Assembly: GCA_037443035.1 (NCBI GenBank)
Contig: JBBIPC010000005.1
Location: forward strand, 71,940-135,939
From: Chthonomonadales bacterium
Lineage (GTDB): Bacteria > Armatimonadota > Chthonomonadetes > Chthonomonadales > CAJBBX01
Reading direction: 5' to 3'
Length of the DNA: 64,000 nt
Under the pieces are notes generated by a model, which was not told where the DNA came from, did not search any database, and saw only the letters and a list, made by a program, of their open reading frames with translations. Position 1 is the first letter of the stretch. The number at the start of each line of letters is the position of its first letter. The position numbers and the translations under genes are program-made. Below, in pieces: positions 26,966 through 37,296 of this stretch.

Positions 26966-28927
26966 CTACAACCGATAGACTCCAACTTCGTAGGGCGACA
27001 TGGCCACTGTGCCACCTGCCACGGGTCCCAAGAGGGTCTCTTGGACCGGTGGCAGGGGGACGTACTGCTCGTCGCCGGTCTGGTTCACCACGAAGAGGAA
27101 ACGACTCTCCTCCTTGGCCCGTACGCGAACATCCACGCCGTGCGGTATGCCATCGTAGGGGATTATGTCGGTCTCATCCACCACACGCTCGACAAGAGTA
27201 TCGTAGGCTTCCGCACCCCCAAGAGTACCCAGATAGAAGCACACACCTCTGCCAAAGGCATGACGTGTGGCTGCCGGTTCACCCGGGAATAGCGACCGCT
27301 CCCAGGTGGCGATCACCTCGGCACCCTTCGATACGAGATACTCCGCCCAACCTCGAGCGACAAAATCCCTGCCATCCAGCCACAGCACCTGATGGTCGTC
27401 ACCATAGATCGGTGAGTAGTCGTCCACTTCCACTCCGGCCACCTCCGACAGCAGCGACGGCAGAGGCTCGATGCGGCATCGGTTCAGCTCGTCTTTGACA
27501 CCCGTCCTGGGGTTCAAGACAAGCATGCCACCGTCCCTCACGTATGCTATCAGTTTCTCGGCATGCCGCTCGGAAAGGAGAAACCACGAGGGGACGAAGA
27601 CAGCCTTGTACTGCTGGAGATTCGCAGTGATCGGCACCATGTCCACGCCGATTCCCCGTCGCGTGAGGGCGCTATGGAAACGTCGAGTTTGGTCCCACCA
27701 GCCCAGTCCATCCGCCTGTGGCTGGATCTGGAGCGCCCAGTTCTGCTCATAGGAATTCAGGATGGCGACGTCGTTCCGTGGTTGGGTGCCGTCCAGAAGA
27801 GGCCCGATCCTGGCAACTTCCTCGGCGAAGGCCTGTATCTCCCTGTAGCGTCGCCTAGGAATGCCGTCATGGTTGAGGATGCCATGCCAGAATTGCTCCG
27901 TGCCGTAGCGACAGGACCGCCACCGGAAGAAGACCACCGCATCAGCACCATGAGCGATGGCCTGCCAGGCCCACATACGTATCTGCCCGGGTTCGGGGCG
28001 GGGCCCCATGCGTTCCCAGCCCGGGATTCCGCTCTGTTCCTCCATGACCCAGAAGTTCTTCTGCTTGATCCCTCGCATGACATCATGGGCCATGCCGGGG
28101 TCTCGGTCACTGTGCCAGGCGCCTCCCGGATAGTTGTCCCAAGAGACAAAGTCCAGGTCGGCCGCCAGCGCGTAGTAGTCCACGCTGTCGTGGAGGCCCA
28201 TGAAGTTGTGGGTGATAAACTGATGAGGTGCCAGACGCCGGATAATCTCCACCTGATCACGCTGGAATGCGACCGTCGTCTCCGAGGCAAAGCGTCGGTA
28301 GTCGAGCCACAAAGAGGGGTTATGAGAGGTCCCGCACCGCGCGTGCCACGGCAGCGGTATCTGTGACCAGGCACTGTATTCCTGACTCCAGAAGACGGTT
28401 CCCCAGGCCGCGTTCAGCGCCTCCAGCGTGCCGTACCGCTGCCGGAGCCAATCGCGAAAACGCCTGGCGCAGTCGGGGCAGTAGCAGAGGTTCGCCTCGA
28501 ACTCGTTGTCCGTCTGCCATCCGATGACGGCTTCGTTGCTGGCGAATCGGCTGACCATGGCCTCGGTGATCTTCCGCGAATAGGCTCGCATGATCTCGTT
28601 GCCGAGGCATCGCTGGAGCCGCGTGCCAAAGCCGAGACGGTACCCACGCTGATCGGCAGGGTAGAGCTCCGGATAGCGCTCGTGAAGCCACGCAGGGGGT
28701 GTGGCGGTTGGCGTACCGAGCACGACCTGGATTCCCTCGTTGTGCAGTATGTTGATGGCCCGTTCGAGCCAGTCGAAGTCGTATTGTCCCTCGATCGGTT
28801 CCATGCGGCACCAGGCGAACTCCGCCAGGCGCACCACGCTCAGGCCCGCTTCGCGCATGAGGCGTGCATCTACAGGCCATCGCTCCTCCGGCCAGTGCTC
28901 TGGGTAGTAATCTACGCCGACTCGCAT
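26966..28927 (-). CDS. Beta-galactosidase, GH42
   Basis: GVDYYPEHW, AEFAW, GTPTATPPAW, WQTDNE, THNFMG, WVMEEQ, GTEQFWHG. Confidence 0.95.
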   Translation of the reverse strand: MRVGVDYYPEHWPEERWPVDARLMREAGLSVVRLAEFAWCRMEPIEGQYDFDWLERAINILHNEGIQVVLGTPTATPPAWLHERYPELYPADQRGYRLGFGTRLQRCLGNEIMRAYSRKITEAMVSRFASNEAVIGWQTDNEFEANLCYCPDCARRFRDWLRQRYGTLEALNAAWGTVFWSQEYSAWSQIPLPWHARCGTSHNPSLWLDYRRFASETTVAFQRDQVEIIRRLAPHQFITHNFMGLHDSVDYYALAADLDFVSWDNYPGGAWHSDRDPGMAHDVMRGIKQKNFWVMEEQSGIPGWERMGPRPEPGQIRMWAWQAIAHGADAVVFFRWRSCRYGTEQFWHGILNHDGIPRRRYREIQAFAEEVARIGPLLDGTQPRNDVAILNSYEQNWALQIQPQADGLGWWDQTRRFHSALTRRGIGVDMVPITANLQQYKAVFVPSWFLLSERHAEKLIAYVRDGGMLVLNPRTGVKDELNRCRIEPLPSLLSEVAGVEVDDYSPIYGDDHQVLWLDGRDFVARGWAEYLVSKGAEVIATWERSLFPGEPAATRHAFGRGVCFYLGTLGGAEAYDTLVERVVDETDIIPYDGIPHGVDVRVRAKEESRFLFVVNQTGDEQYVPLPPVQETLLGPVAGGTVAMSPYEVGVYRL

Positions 28928-29038
28928 ATCCTCACCTCCCGGATGCCGTGCTCAGATTGTCGAAGCCGCGGTGCAAGGCGTCACGGTTTTTCACTTTCCC
29001 GCTGCGGCGGCTGAATCCTGCAGGGCAGTGTCCTCAAC

Positions 29039-30082
29039 TCACTCGCTGATGTTGTCCTTGACGATGTGACCGTCGGCCATATCGAACACGACGGCCGCAC
29101 CGACGTTATGGCGCAGGATGTTGTCTTTCACGATCCAGTGAGCGCACCCCCGATGGAGTACCAGACTGTGCTGGTGGAGAATGGAAGCACTGTCCCAACT
29201 GAACACCTGGTTGGATGTGAAGGTGCCATCGGATGCGCCGTAGACCTCCACGGCTGGCCACTTGCCGGACTGCTCCTGAGAGTTGGTGTGAAAGGTGTTG
29301 CCCGTGAAGATGTTCAGATAACACGCCCCAGCCCCCGGAGCGCCGATGAGAACTCCCTGTCGTCGACTCTCCTCGAATCGGTTGTTCTCGAACCGGTTGA
29401 AATGGCTCCCCGGTCCCATGCGCAACGCGACCTGGTTGCCCCAGTGGTAGTTCATGGCGTAGGTGCCGGCCGAGGACGGCCACAGGGCCACCCCCGACCG
29501 CGGAGCTCGCTCCTTAGTGCGCTGATGAGCACCGAACTGGTTCTGGACGATATAGAAGTCGTTGTTGGCCACGCTGCGGAGTTGGTCGCCAGCATTGTCA
29601 ATGAAGTGGCAGCGGCTCACCGTATTGCTCGACTGAGGACGCTGGGGGGCACCATCGAACAGAACGCCGGACTCGGCGAAGTTGCTAATGCGACAGAAAT
29701 CCACGGTATTGGAGCTGCACTGGCCGCGAAACACAATGCCACTCCCCTTCGTAGCGGAAGTATCACCGTTGACGAGCAGATCTCGAACCGTGCAGAACGA
29801 CACATCCTCGAAGACGAGGGCGTCCCCCTCTCCCACACGCTGGAGAACCGTATTCCATCCGCTGCCGCGGAGGTTGGTATGGTGGTGCCGGACCCGCAGA
29901 GGCTGTTCCAGCCGGTACGTACCGGGCCGCAGCACGATGGTGCCGCCAGCCGCCGTGAGCCTCGCCAGCGCCTGCAGTAGCCCTTTCCCATCCTCGACCT
30001 CCGTGTACACCGGCTTGTCCGCCGCGGTCAGAGAATAGGACAGGAATGCGATCGGGACTAGGAAAAGGATGTTTGGAGTCAT
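29039..30082 (-). CDS. Secreted right-handed parallel beta-helix protein
   Basis: Signal peptide; GGTIVLRPGTY, LRGSG; Asn-ladder repeats (NxF, NTV). Confidence 0.8.
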   Translation of the reverse strand: MTPNILFLVPIAFLSYSLTAADKPVYTEVEDGKGLLQALARLTAAGGTIVLRPGTYRLEQPLRVRHHHTNLRGSGWNTVLQRVGEGDALVFEDVSFCTVRDLLVNGDTSATKGSGIVFRGQCSSNTVDFCRISNFAESGVLFDGAPQRPQSSNTVSRCHFIDNAGDQLRSVANNDFYIVQNQFGAHQRTKERAPRSGVALWPSSAGTYAMNYHWGNQVALRMGPGSHFNRFENNRFEESRRQGVLIGAPGAGACYLNIFTGNTFHTNSQEQSGKWPAVEVYGASDGTFTSNQVFSWDSASILHQHSLVLHRGCAHWIVKDNILRHNVGAAVVFDMADGHIVKDNISE

Positions 30083-30544
30083 GCTGTCATCCTCGTCGGC
30101 GCCACGCGCGTGCCTGCCGACAAGTCCCACTCGGACCAGCCGAAAGCCATGGGTCGCACACCCGGACGTCGACTCCCGCTCATCTGCAGGTGATAGAAAG
30201 CGCGCTCCGAGCCCGCTGGGTGCCCTCCGTGGAGGAAACGCCGCGCAATCGCCATCTCGTCCTAGCCCTCCAATGCCACATGGTAGCAGCGCACCGTTCC
30301 AATCCTTTGCAAGGATACCATTCGAAAGCAGCGACGGACTGTGTCAGCAGTCACGTCCCCTTCACTATGTAGGGTATCGGGTCCAGCAACGGCAGTGACA
30401 TCCGCGAGACCCAGCTCCGGCTCTGTTGCCAAGAGGACCGGAAAGATCTCGCACACTCTCTGTCAGGCTCGAGCATCGCACGGTGGGCGAAGGTCCAGGT
30501 CTTCCAGCGCAAGGGTCTGCTATAATCGGCATGGAGCAGGACGG

Positions 30545-31690
30545 TTGACACTGACGGAAATCACAGACGGCAATGCGCTCATCGAGTTGCGCGAGGCGTG
30601 GCGAGCTCTCGTCGAGCGTGCCGAGAACGCTACAATCTACCAGACCTGGGAGTGGAACGAAGCCTGGTGGAGGACGTTCCGGAGAGGCAAGACGCTGCGG
30701 CTCCTCCTTGTCCGGAACGGCGAGGACTTGGTCGGTATCGCTCCGTTCTACGTCAGCCGACACCTGGGCACGCCTCTGCGCCGTCTGGCATTCCTGGGCA
30801 CTGGTTGCTCGGACTACCTGGATATCATCGCAGCTCGGGACGCCGAAGCGGGCGTCTTCGCTGCAGTCCGGGATCACCTCGACCGCGCCAGCGGCTTCGA
30901 CCTAGCAGATCTTCAGCAGCTCCCTCAGGGCTCCCGGTTCGCGGAGTATCTTCGTCTGGCTGGCTATGCCAATGACGGCGCGAGCGGCAACGGTGCGCAC
31001 GCTGCTGTGCGTATTCTCGTGAAGCCTATGGAGCGCTGTCCCTACGTTCGTTTGCCCGATACCTGGGAGGAGTTTCGGCGCGGTCTGAGCAAGAGCATGC
31101 GCCAAAACATAGGTTATTATGAGCGCTTGGTACGGCGAGAACTGCCGGACGTCGCCTTCGAGATCCGTGGTGGAACGGACATCCCGGAGGCGATGGCGGC
31201 GCTGTTCCGTCTTCATCAGAGACGCTGGCGCGCGCAGATGCTTCCGGGCGTTCTGGGTTCGCCAGCAGTGCGCCGTTTCCACCTCGATGTCGCCAACCGC
31301 TTCCAGGACCGCGGCTGGCTTCGACTTCATGTCATCAGAAGCAACGACACCATCATCGCCGCACTCTACTGCTTTCGCTACCGAAATCGCTATTACTACT
31401 ACCTGGGCGGGTTCGAACCCAAGCTCGCACGCTATAGCCTTGGCACGACACTCACCTCTGCAGCCATACGTCAGGCCATCGAGGAGGGCTGCGTGGAGTT
31501 CGATTTCCTGCGTGGCGAGGAGGCTTACAAGGAGCGCTGGAGACCAGAGCAGCGCACCAACCTCCAGTGCCTCATTCCCGGACCTTCGGCCTGGCGGTCT
31601 GAAGCCATGTTCGCTCTGAACCGTATAGAACGGTATATCGAACATCGAGCCAAGGCCTTTTCGGACCGGGGCAAGGGAGTGCGAACATGA
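30545..31690 (+). CDS. GNAT-family acetyltransferase (CelD/BcsL-like)
   Basis: YQTWEW, SDYLDI, YYLGGF...YSLG, FDFLRGEEAYKERW; start uncertain; TGcTATAAT upstream. Confidence 0.85.
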   Translation: MTLTEITDGNALIELREAWRALVERAENATIYQTWEWNEAWWRTFRRGKTLRLLLVRNGEDLVGIAPFYVSRHLGTPLRRLAFLGTGCSDYLDIIAARDAEAGVFAAVRDHLDRASGFDLADLQQLPQGSRFAEYLRLAGYANDGASGNGAHAAVRILVKPMERCPYVRLPDTWEEFRRGLSKSMRQNIGYYERLVRRELPDVAFEIRGGTDIPEAMAALFRLHQRRWRAQMLPGVLGSPAVRRFHLDVANRFQDRGWLRLHVIRSNDTIIAALYCFRYRNRYYYYLGGFEPKLARYSLGTTLTSAAIRQAIEEGCVEFDFLRGEEAYKERWRPEQRTNLQCLIPGPSAWRSEAMFALNRIERYIEHRAKAFSDRGKGVRT

Positions 31691-32031
31691 AGAACTGCGG
31701 TCAGGGGGTCGTGCTGCTTGCACTGCTGGCACTGAGCGTCTACAATCTCTGGATGAGCCATTCGCTCCAGGCGGAGGTCCGCAGCCTCCGCGAGGAAATC
31801 CGCAGCCAGCGCCAGACGACGAACCTCATGGCCCAGGCCATGCAGGCTCTGCAACAAGCGCGGGAAGCCGTTGGCAGAACCGACACGGCGAAGGCCAAGG
31901 ACGCACTCGAGACGGCGCGGGGTGCAGTGGCAGGCTTGGCCAGGAGTGCGGAGCCTGCTGCTCATTGGCTGCAGGAACAGGTTCGGGCATTGACAAAGCA
32001 ATTGGAGAGCCAGCGAGGCAACGCACCATGA
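31687..32031 (+). CDS. Small membrane-anchored coiled-coil protein
   Basis: Overlaps both neighbours (ATGA); N-terminal hydrophobic helix. Confidence 0.7.
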   Translation: MKNCGQGVVLLALLALSVYNLWMSHSLQAEVRSLREEIRSQRQTTNLMAQAMQALQQAREAVGRTDTAKAKDALETARGAVAGLARSAEPAAHWLQEQVRALTKQLESQRGNAP

Positions 32032-32798
32032 GGAGTTCTCGTAGTCACGGAGCCGCTCTGCGCGGTCTGCGTAACGCGCTCTGTGTGCTGCTTGGTGGCG
32101 CTGTGCTGATCTTTACGGGCGCGGGAGCGTGCAGGAACACCAACTTCCTGAGCACGAAGGATGAAGTGCGCATCGGCAAAGACGCCGCCGCAGAGGTGGA
32201 GAAGCGATACAAAGTCATCCAGGGCACGGCGGACGCGCGCCGAGTTGGGGTGATCGGGGCGCGCATCCTGGAACACTGTGATCGGCGGGAAGGCGTACCC
32301 TACTTCGTCAAGCTTCTGGATGTGAAGGACGTGAACGCCGTGTCACTGCCCGGCGGACCCATTTACGTGTACAGAGGGCTGCTCGAGTTCCTCCAGGGGG
32401 ACGATGATGCGCTCGCATGCGTTATCGCGCATGAGGTGGGACACGTGGACGCACGGCACAGCGCCAAGCAGATGAGCCAGCAGATGGTGGCGAATCTCGG
32501 CGTACTGCTAGTCCTCCGCGGCAAGACGGCGCAGGATATCGGCGCTCTCACCACTGACTTGCTAAACCTCAGCTACAGTCGCGAAGACGAGTACGAGGCA
32601 GACCACAGGGGTGTGTCCTATGCCCACAAGGCGGGCTTCAAGGCAACGGGCATGGTCGCCTTCTTCAAGAAGCTGCAGGAGCTGGAGAAGGGCAAGGCAC
32701 GGGACCCCGAGATACTGCGATCGCATCCCTACACAACCGCGAGGCTGGCCCGTGTAGAGCGGATCATCGAGAGGCAGGATTACCGCTATGGCCGCTGA
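32028..32798 (+). CDS. M48-family metalloprotease, probable lipoprotein
   Basis: NAVSLPGG, HEVGH, YSREDEYEAD, SHP; AGAC lipobox-like. Confidence 0.9.
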   Translation: MRSSRSHGAALRGLRNALCVLLGGAVLIFTGAGACRNTNFLSTKDEVRIGKDAAAEVEKRYKVIQGTADARRVGVIGARILEHCDRREGVPYFVKLLDVKDVNAVSLPGGPIYVYRGLLEFLQGDDDALACVIAHEVGHVDARHSAKQMSQQMVANLGVLLVLRGKTAQDIGALTTDLLNLSYSREDEYEADHRGVSYAHKAGFKATGMVAFFKKLQELEKGKARDPEILRSHPYTTARLARVERIIERQDYRYGR

Positions 32799-32825
32799 CC
32801 GCACGCATCCTGGAATGGAGTTATC

Positions 32826-33650
32826 GTGAACGCCCCCTCCCGGTCAGGCAATGGCAAGACGGCTATGCGCGTGGCTGCCATCCTGCCGGCCTACAATGAG
32901 GCAGATAGGGTCCGGCACGTTCTGACCGCTGTTTCCAAGGCGCCCTCCGTGGATCAGGTCGTCGTGGTCAACGACGGGTCCACCGACGACACGGCGGCGC
33001 GTGTCTTGGAGGTGCCAGGCGTCTACCTGCTCAGCCTGCCGCAGAACGTCGGGAAGGGCGGCGCCATGGCGGCTGGTGCCCGGTTTGCCGACGCCGATGT
33101 TCTCCTGTTCCTCGATGCGGACCTGATCGGCCTGACGCCGGAGCATGTGGAGAACCTCTTGCAGCCCGTGCTCGACGGCAAGGCTGAGATGGCTGTCGGC
33201 AAGTTCAGCGGCGGTCGCTATCTGACAGACCTGTCCCAGCGTATCGTGCCGAGCGTCAGCGGTCAGCGTGCCATCGCCCGCCGCGTCTTCGATGCCATCC
33301 CGTGTGTCGAGGATGCTCGCTATGGCGTGGAGATGCTGATCACGCGATTCTGCCGGCATTATCGCGTTCGGACAGCCACAGTTCCTCTCCGAGGGGTAAC
33401 CCACCCCATGAAGGAGGAGAAGCTGGGGCTCTTGCGAGGATGGGCGGCGCGCGGTCGGATGTACTTCCAGATCATGCGGATCTTGCTGAACCCACGGGTA
33501 CCGACGGCTCTGGAGAAACGGTCTGGGCGTGTCATGCGACATTCATTGCCTAGACTCCGATCCTTCAGCGGCTACGATGGTTTGGTCAGCCGTCTCCGAC
33601 AGAAGCCTCTGGGCACCGTCGGCTCCCGGGCGCGGCGTCACCGGCGCTAG
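32826..33650 (+). CDS. Glycosyltransferase family 2
   Basis: PAYNEA, VNDGSTD, GKGGAM, FLDADL, SGQRA. Confidence 0.9.
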   Translation: MNAPSRSGNGKTAMRVAAILPAYNEADRVRHVLTAVSKAPSVDQVVVVNDGSTDDTAARVLEVPGVYLLSLPQNVGKGGAMAAGARFADADVLLFLDADLIGLTPEHVENLLQPVLDGKAEMAVGKFSGGRYLTDLSQRIVPSVSGQRAIARRVFDAIPCVEDARYGVEMLITRFCRHYRVRTATVPLRGVTHPMKEEKLGLLRGWAARGRMYFQIMRILLNPRVPTALEKRSGRVMRHSLPRLRSFSGYDGLVSRLRQKPLGTVGSRARRHRR

Positions 33651-33806
33651 ACGGTGTCCATGCTCCAGCAAGCCACTGCAGTAAACGCGAATGATCCTGC
33701 GGTAACAAAGAAGGAACTAGACGGCGAGCAGTCGAATCCAACAATTGGTAGGCTGGGACACGCACGGTGAGGAGATCGGGCGTCCCCAGTCGAAGAGGAG
33801 GAAGGA

Positions 33807-34055
33807 ATGGCAATAAGCAAAGGACCCGAGATCCCGCCTTGGGTCGCCGTCCTTGTCATCGTGCTTGTGGTAGTTGTCGCAGGCGCGATGATCTGGCGGG
33901 CAACGGGCAAGAAAACCATGAGCGTGGATCAGCAGGCCAAGATGCGTGAGATCATGCAGCAACGCGGTTTCACGCTCAAGGGCCAGCAGCCACCGCCGGT
34001 TGGCCGCCCGGGCATGTCCAGCCAGGCAACTACACCGCAGCAGGCACCGCGATAA
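33807..34055 (+). CDS. Small single-TM protein upstream of the prepilin-like gene
   Basis: Strong RBS; EIPPWVAVLVIVLVVVVAG TM; Pro/Gln-rich tail. Confidence 0.7.
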   Translation: MAISKGPEIPPWVAVLVIVLVVVVAGAMIWRATGKKTMSVDQQAKMREIMQQRGFTLKGQQPPPVGRPGMSSQATTPQQAPR

Positions 34056-34107
34056 CGGGCCTGCCATCAACCATCCACCACCATAAGAAGGGGAGGTACG
34101 CAAACCA

Positions 34108-34872
34108 ATGTCACGTCGTGGTTTCACCCTCATCGAGTTGCTCGTCGTGATCGCGATCATCGCGATCCTCGCCGCGATCCTGTTCCCTGTCTTCGCACAG
34201 GCACGGGAGAAGGCCCGCTCGATCTCCTGTCTGTCCAACGTCAAGCAGCTGACTCTGGCGCAGCTCATGTATGTTCAGGACAACGACGAGAAGTTCACCG
34301 GATGGAACTGGGGCCAGCGCTTCGAGATGGACTCCGCATCCTACTGGTCCGTGTGCGCCCTGCCGTACATCAAGAGCATCAAGCTGTATCAGTGCCCCAG
34401 CGACGCCCTCGAGTGGCCGACGGTCAACGACTGGACCGGTCAGGGACCTGACGCCGGCGCCCACGATCCGTTCGCTAGCTGGCAAGATAGGTACTGGTGG
34501 GAGAAGCCGAACAACCCGAACTTCATCTCCTACGGAATCAACGAATCGCTCATGGGCGGGCGCAAGCTCGCAGCCGTCAAGAGCCCGGCGAACTACTCCA
34601 TGATCATGGACTCGTCCATCGGTCTGGTGAACGCGTGGGAAGGCTGGGGGCAGGACTACATCGCCTGCCGCGCCGCGTTCTCCAACCAGGGCTGCTGCTT
34701 GATCTGGCAGGACGGCCATAACGCTGCGTGGTTCAAGGCCAACTACAGCGCCGAGGAACTCGAGTCAGCCACTCGTCATACGGGCGGCCAGAACGTCAGC
34801 TTTGTCGACGGCCATGCCAAGTGGATGAAGTGGGAGAACATGACCGTCGCGAACCTGTCGCCGAGCAACTGA
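34108..34872 (+). CDS. Prepilin-type N-terminal cleavage/methylation protein (DUF1559, H-X9-DG)
   Basis: [35 protein letters not shown]...[18 protein letters not shown]. Confidence 0.93.
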   Translation: MSRRGFTLIELLVVIAIIAILAAILFPVFAQAREKARSISCLSNVKQLTLAQLMYVQDNDEKFTGWNWGQRFEMDSASYWSVCALPYIKSIKLYQCPSDALEWPTVNDWTGQGPDAGAHDPFASWQDRYWWEKPNNPNFISYGINESLMGGRKLAAVKSPANYSMIMDSSIGLVNAWEGWGQDYIACRAAFSNQGCCLIWQDGHNAAWFKANYSAEELESATRHTGGQNVSFVDGHAKWMKWENMTVANLSPSN

Positions 34873-34896
34873 TCCCCAGACGGTACTCAGACGACG

Positions 34897-34925
34897 AGGC
34901 CCCGTCCTGCAAGGCGGGGCCTTTT
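34897..34925 (+). terminator. Rho-independent terminator
   Basis: AGGCCCCGTC...GGCGGGGCCT followed by TTT, between convergent genes. Confidence 0.7.
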
Positions 34926-34938
34926 CCGTCGGGTGGAC

Positions 34939-35991
34939 CTAAATGCTGTCTATGGCCGGATCATCCAGGAGGACACGGCGTCCTTCTTTGCTCGAGATGT
35001 AGCATGCCAGTGTCATCCGCAGACTGATGCGGCCTTCCTCCGCTGTGGATATGGGAGGCCGCCGTCCGTGTAGCCACTCCGCCAGGGGTTCGGCAAGGGC
35101 ATGGATTCGGTGACCATGACCAGCGGGAGAAAGAATACCTGAGTTCGTCCACGCGCGCGTGTCGGCTTTCCACCACTTGAGCCCTTCGGCGCCGTGCGTG
35201 TGCGGCCACTCATTGCTAGGGCCATCCCCGTAGTTCTGAATGATCGTACCCTTCTCGCAGACGATCTCGGTCGTATTCTCATGCGCTCCGCAGGTGAAGG
35301 AGCACACCACCTCGGCAAGGGGGCCGCCTAGGTACCGATAGATGGCGATTCCGTTGTCATTCGGCACCCGCGGATCCAAGAGGGTCTCTATCTCGGCCGT
35401 GACGGTCTCGGGAACTCCCAGCAGCCAGTGGAGAAAGTCTATGGGATGGGCGGCATCATCGGCCCAGATATCCCGATTGAACTCGGGCTTGTTATGCCAC
35501 AGGTCCACGAACGTCGGCCACAGGTGCGTGGCCAGCGCATGCCGGCGGCGCACCATGAGAACCTTGCCGAACTCGCCGCTGGCCAGCAGCTCCTTCATGC
35601 GGATGTTCTGGGGATCCACTCTCATCTGCCAGGCCATGGTGAACGGCACCCCTGTACGCTCCACCGCCGAGACGATCCTATCGGCCTCCGACATGGTCAG
35701 CGCCATGGGCTTTTGCAGGACTATCGCCTTGCCAGCACTCGCTGCTTCCTCCACGAGATCGGCATGCAGAGAAGTCTCCGAGGCGATGACTACCCCGTGG
35801 ATACTTTCGTCGAGGAACTCGTCAAGGCTTGTGCAAGCTTTCAAGCCGTAGTTCGATGCATTGCTCTGCAGTCGTTGCTGGTCATGGTCCCAGGCGGCAA
35901 CGACCTCGACACCAAGCTCCGGCCTGTCACGCCAAACATTGCAGTAGGCATTCACATGGCCATGGGCGAAGCCCATGATCCCGACTTTCAC
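34939..35991 (-). CDS. Gfo/Idh/MocA-family oxidoreductase
   Basis: KVGIMGFAHGH, LQKPMA, DDAAHPID. Confidence 0.9.
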   Translation of the reverse strand: MKVGIMGFAHGHVNAYCNVWRDRPELGVEVVAAWDHDQQRLQSNASNYGLKACTSLDEFLDESIHGVVIASETSLHADLVEEAASAGKAIVLQKPMALTMSEADRIVSAVERTGVPFTMAWQMRVDPQNIRMKELLASGEFGKVLMVRRRHALATHLWPTFVDLWHNKPEFNRDIWADDAAHPIDFLHWLLGVPETVTAEIETLLDPRVPNDNGIAIYRYLGGPLAEVVCSFTCGAHENTTEIVCEKGTIIQNYGDGPSNEWPHTHGAEGLKWWKADTRAWTNSGILSPAGHGHRIHALAEPLAEWLHGRRPPISTAEEGRISLRMTLACYISSKEGRRVLLDDPAIDSI

Positions 35992-36046
35992 GAACCGTTG
36001 TCTCCTTTTCTTCTATCGCTTCCGGCGGATGGACCGCCGTCGTTTC

Positions 36047-37270
36047 TCACTGGTTTCGCAGGTGCAGGAGCATCCCCTGACCCGGTGCCAGCCAGTTGTT
36101 CTCGCCAACCCACACTTCCTCGGCGCCGCTATACGGGTTGATGAGATGGACGCGTCCAGGCGCCTTGAATCGAACGGAAAACGGTGTCGAGCGGTGGAGG
36201 TCCTTGTTCACCACCAGCGCCCACGCGCTCCCGTCGGGCCCTTCGAACTCACCTACCACCAGGTCGCGACCAGAAACCTCGGCAACGTGCTTGGCGCTGT
36301 CCATGCCGTGGCAACCGTTGGGCACGCTAGGGTGATGGAAGACATTCACGCTCCTCAGCTTCAGATAGGCAGGACCGAGGCGATGGATCTGCAGATTCAC
36401 GTTCCTGAGCATGTCCCAAGTTGGCGTGCGATGCCCAAACTGATCCACAGGGGCCAGCCGGTAGTTGCCGATGGCAGGTGCGAAGTAGGTGAAGTAGGCG
36501 ATGCCTCTGGCACCGTAGGCAAGAGTCGTGAACGCCTGGAACCTCAGACCAGCAGGCGATGGCTCGGCGTAGGTGAAATGGGCGTTGGCGAGCACGACAT
36601 TCCAGAACGGGACATTGTGCTTCAGCGCAGCAGCTCGGACAGCCTCCAGGTTCTGGAAGTACCCGTCTCGCAGGGTGCCATCCTCCATGAGCGCGTAATG
36701 GTCGTAGCACAGGACTGCCGGTCTGACGAGAGTCAGGTACCGTTCCAGATGCTCTTCGTAGGTCTGCGTTCCGAGCTGGGCTGGACTAGCGTAGTTCGGG
36801 AACAGGTTGATGTAACCAGGCGTTGTGGGCGCGAGCTTGCGAAAAGCTGCCACCCACCGGCCAAGCGAGGGAAACAGCGAGGCGTTCGGTTCGTCCCGTA
36901 GGTAGTAACCGAACACGGCGGGATGACCATTGACCTTCGCCAGCACATTCTTGACGCGCCGCTCGATCTCAGCTTCGTCCAGCCCGGCCTCCGCATCCAC
37001 AACGTGGATCGTGGGATCGAAGACGAAGCCCTTCAGACCGAACTCGTGGAGGAGATTCAGGCGTTCCAGCGGTACGATCCCTGCGAGATTGATCCCGCAA
37101 TCCCGCATGCCCTTGACCTGGTCACGATCCGCGGGCACGTCGCCCCACGCCAGTACAGCGAACTCCTCAGGCTTCAGCATGGAGACCTCTTGACCTGCCG
37201 AACGCTCCGCAATGTTAGTAGTGAGCAAACACGCAGACAAGAGCACAAGCAGCACGGTGTACGATTGCAT
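36047..37270 (-). CDS. Secreted glycoside-hydrolase-like hypothetical protein
   Basis: Signal peptide; HPAVFGYYLRDEP, YINLFPNYA, YDHY, LAYGARGIAYFTY. Confidence 0.7.
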   Translation of the reverse strand: MQSYTVLLVLLSACLLTTNIAERSAGQEVSMLKPEEFAVLAWGDVPADRDQVKGMRDCGINLAGIVPLERLNLLHEFGLKGFVFDPTIHVVDAEAGLDEAEIERRVKNVLAKVNGHPAVFGYYLRDEPNASLFPSLGRWVAAFRKLAPTTPGYINLFPNYASPAQLGTQTYEEHLERYLTLVRPAVLCYDHYALMEDGTLRDGYFQNLEAVRAAALKHNVPFWNVVLANAHFTYAEPSPAGLRFQAFTTLAYGARGIAYFTYFAPAIGNYRLAPVDQFGHRTPTWDMLRNVNLQIHRLGPAYLKLRSVNVFHHPSVPNGCHGMDSAKHVAEVSGRDLVVGEFEGPDGSAWALVVNKDLHRSTPFSVRFKAPGRVHLINPYSGAEEVWVGENNWLAPGQGMLLHLRNQ

Positions 37271-37296
37271 AGGACGGGCCCCCGTTTCTGTTGACT

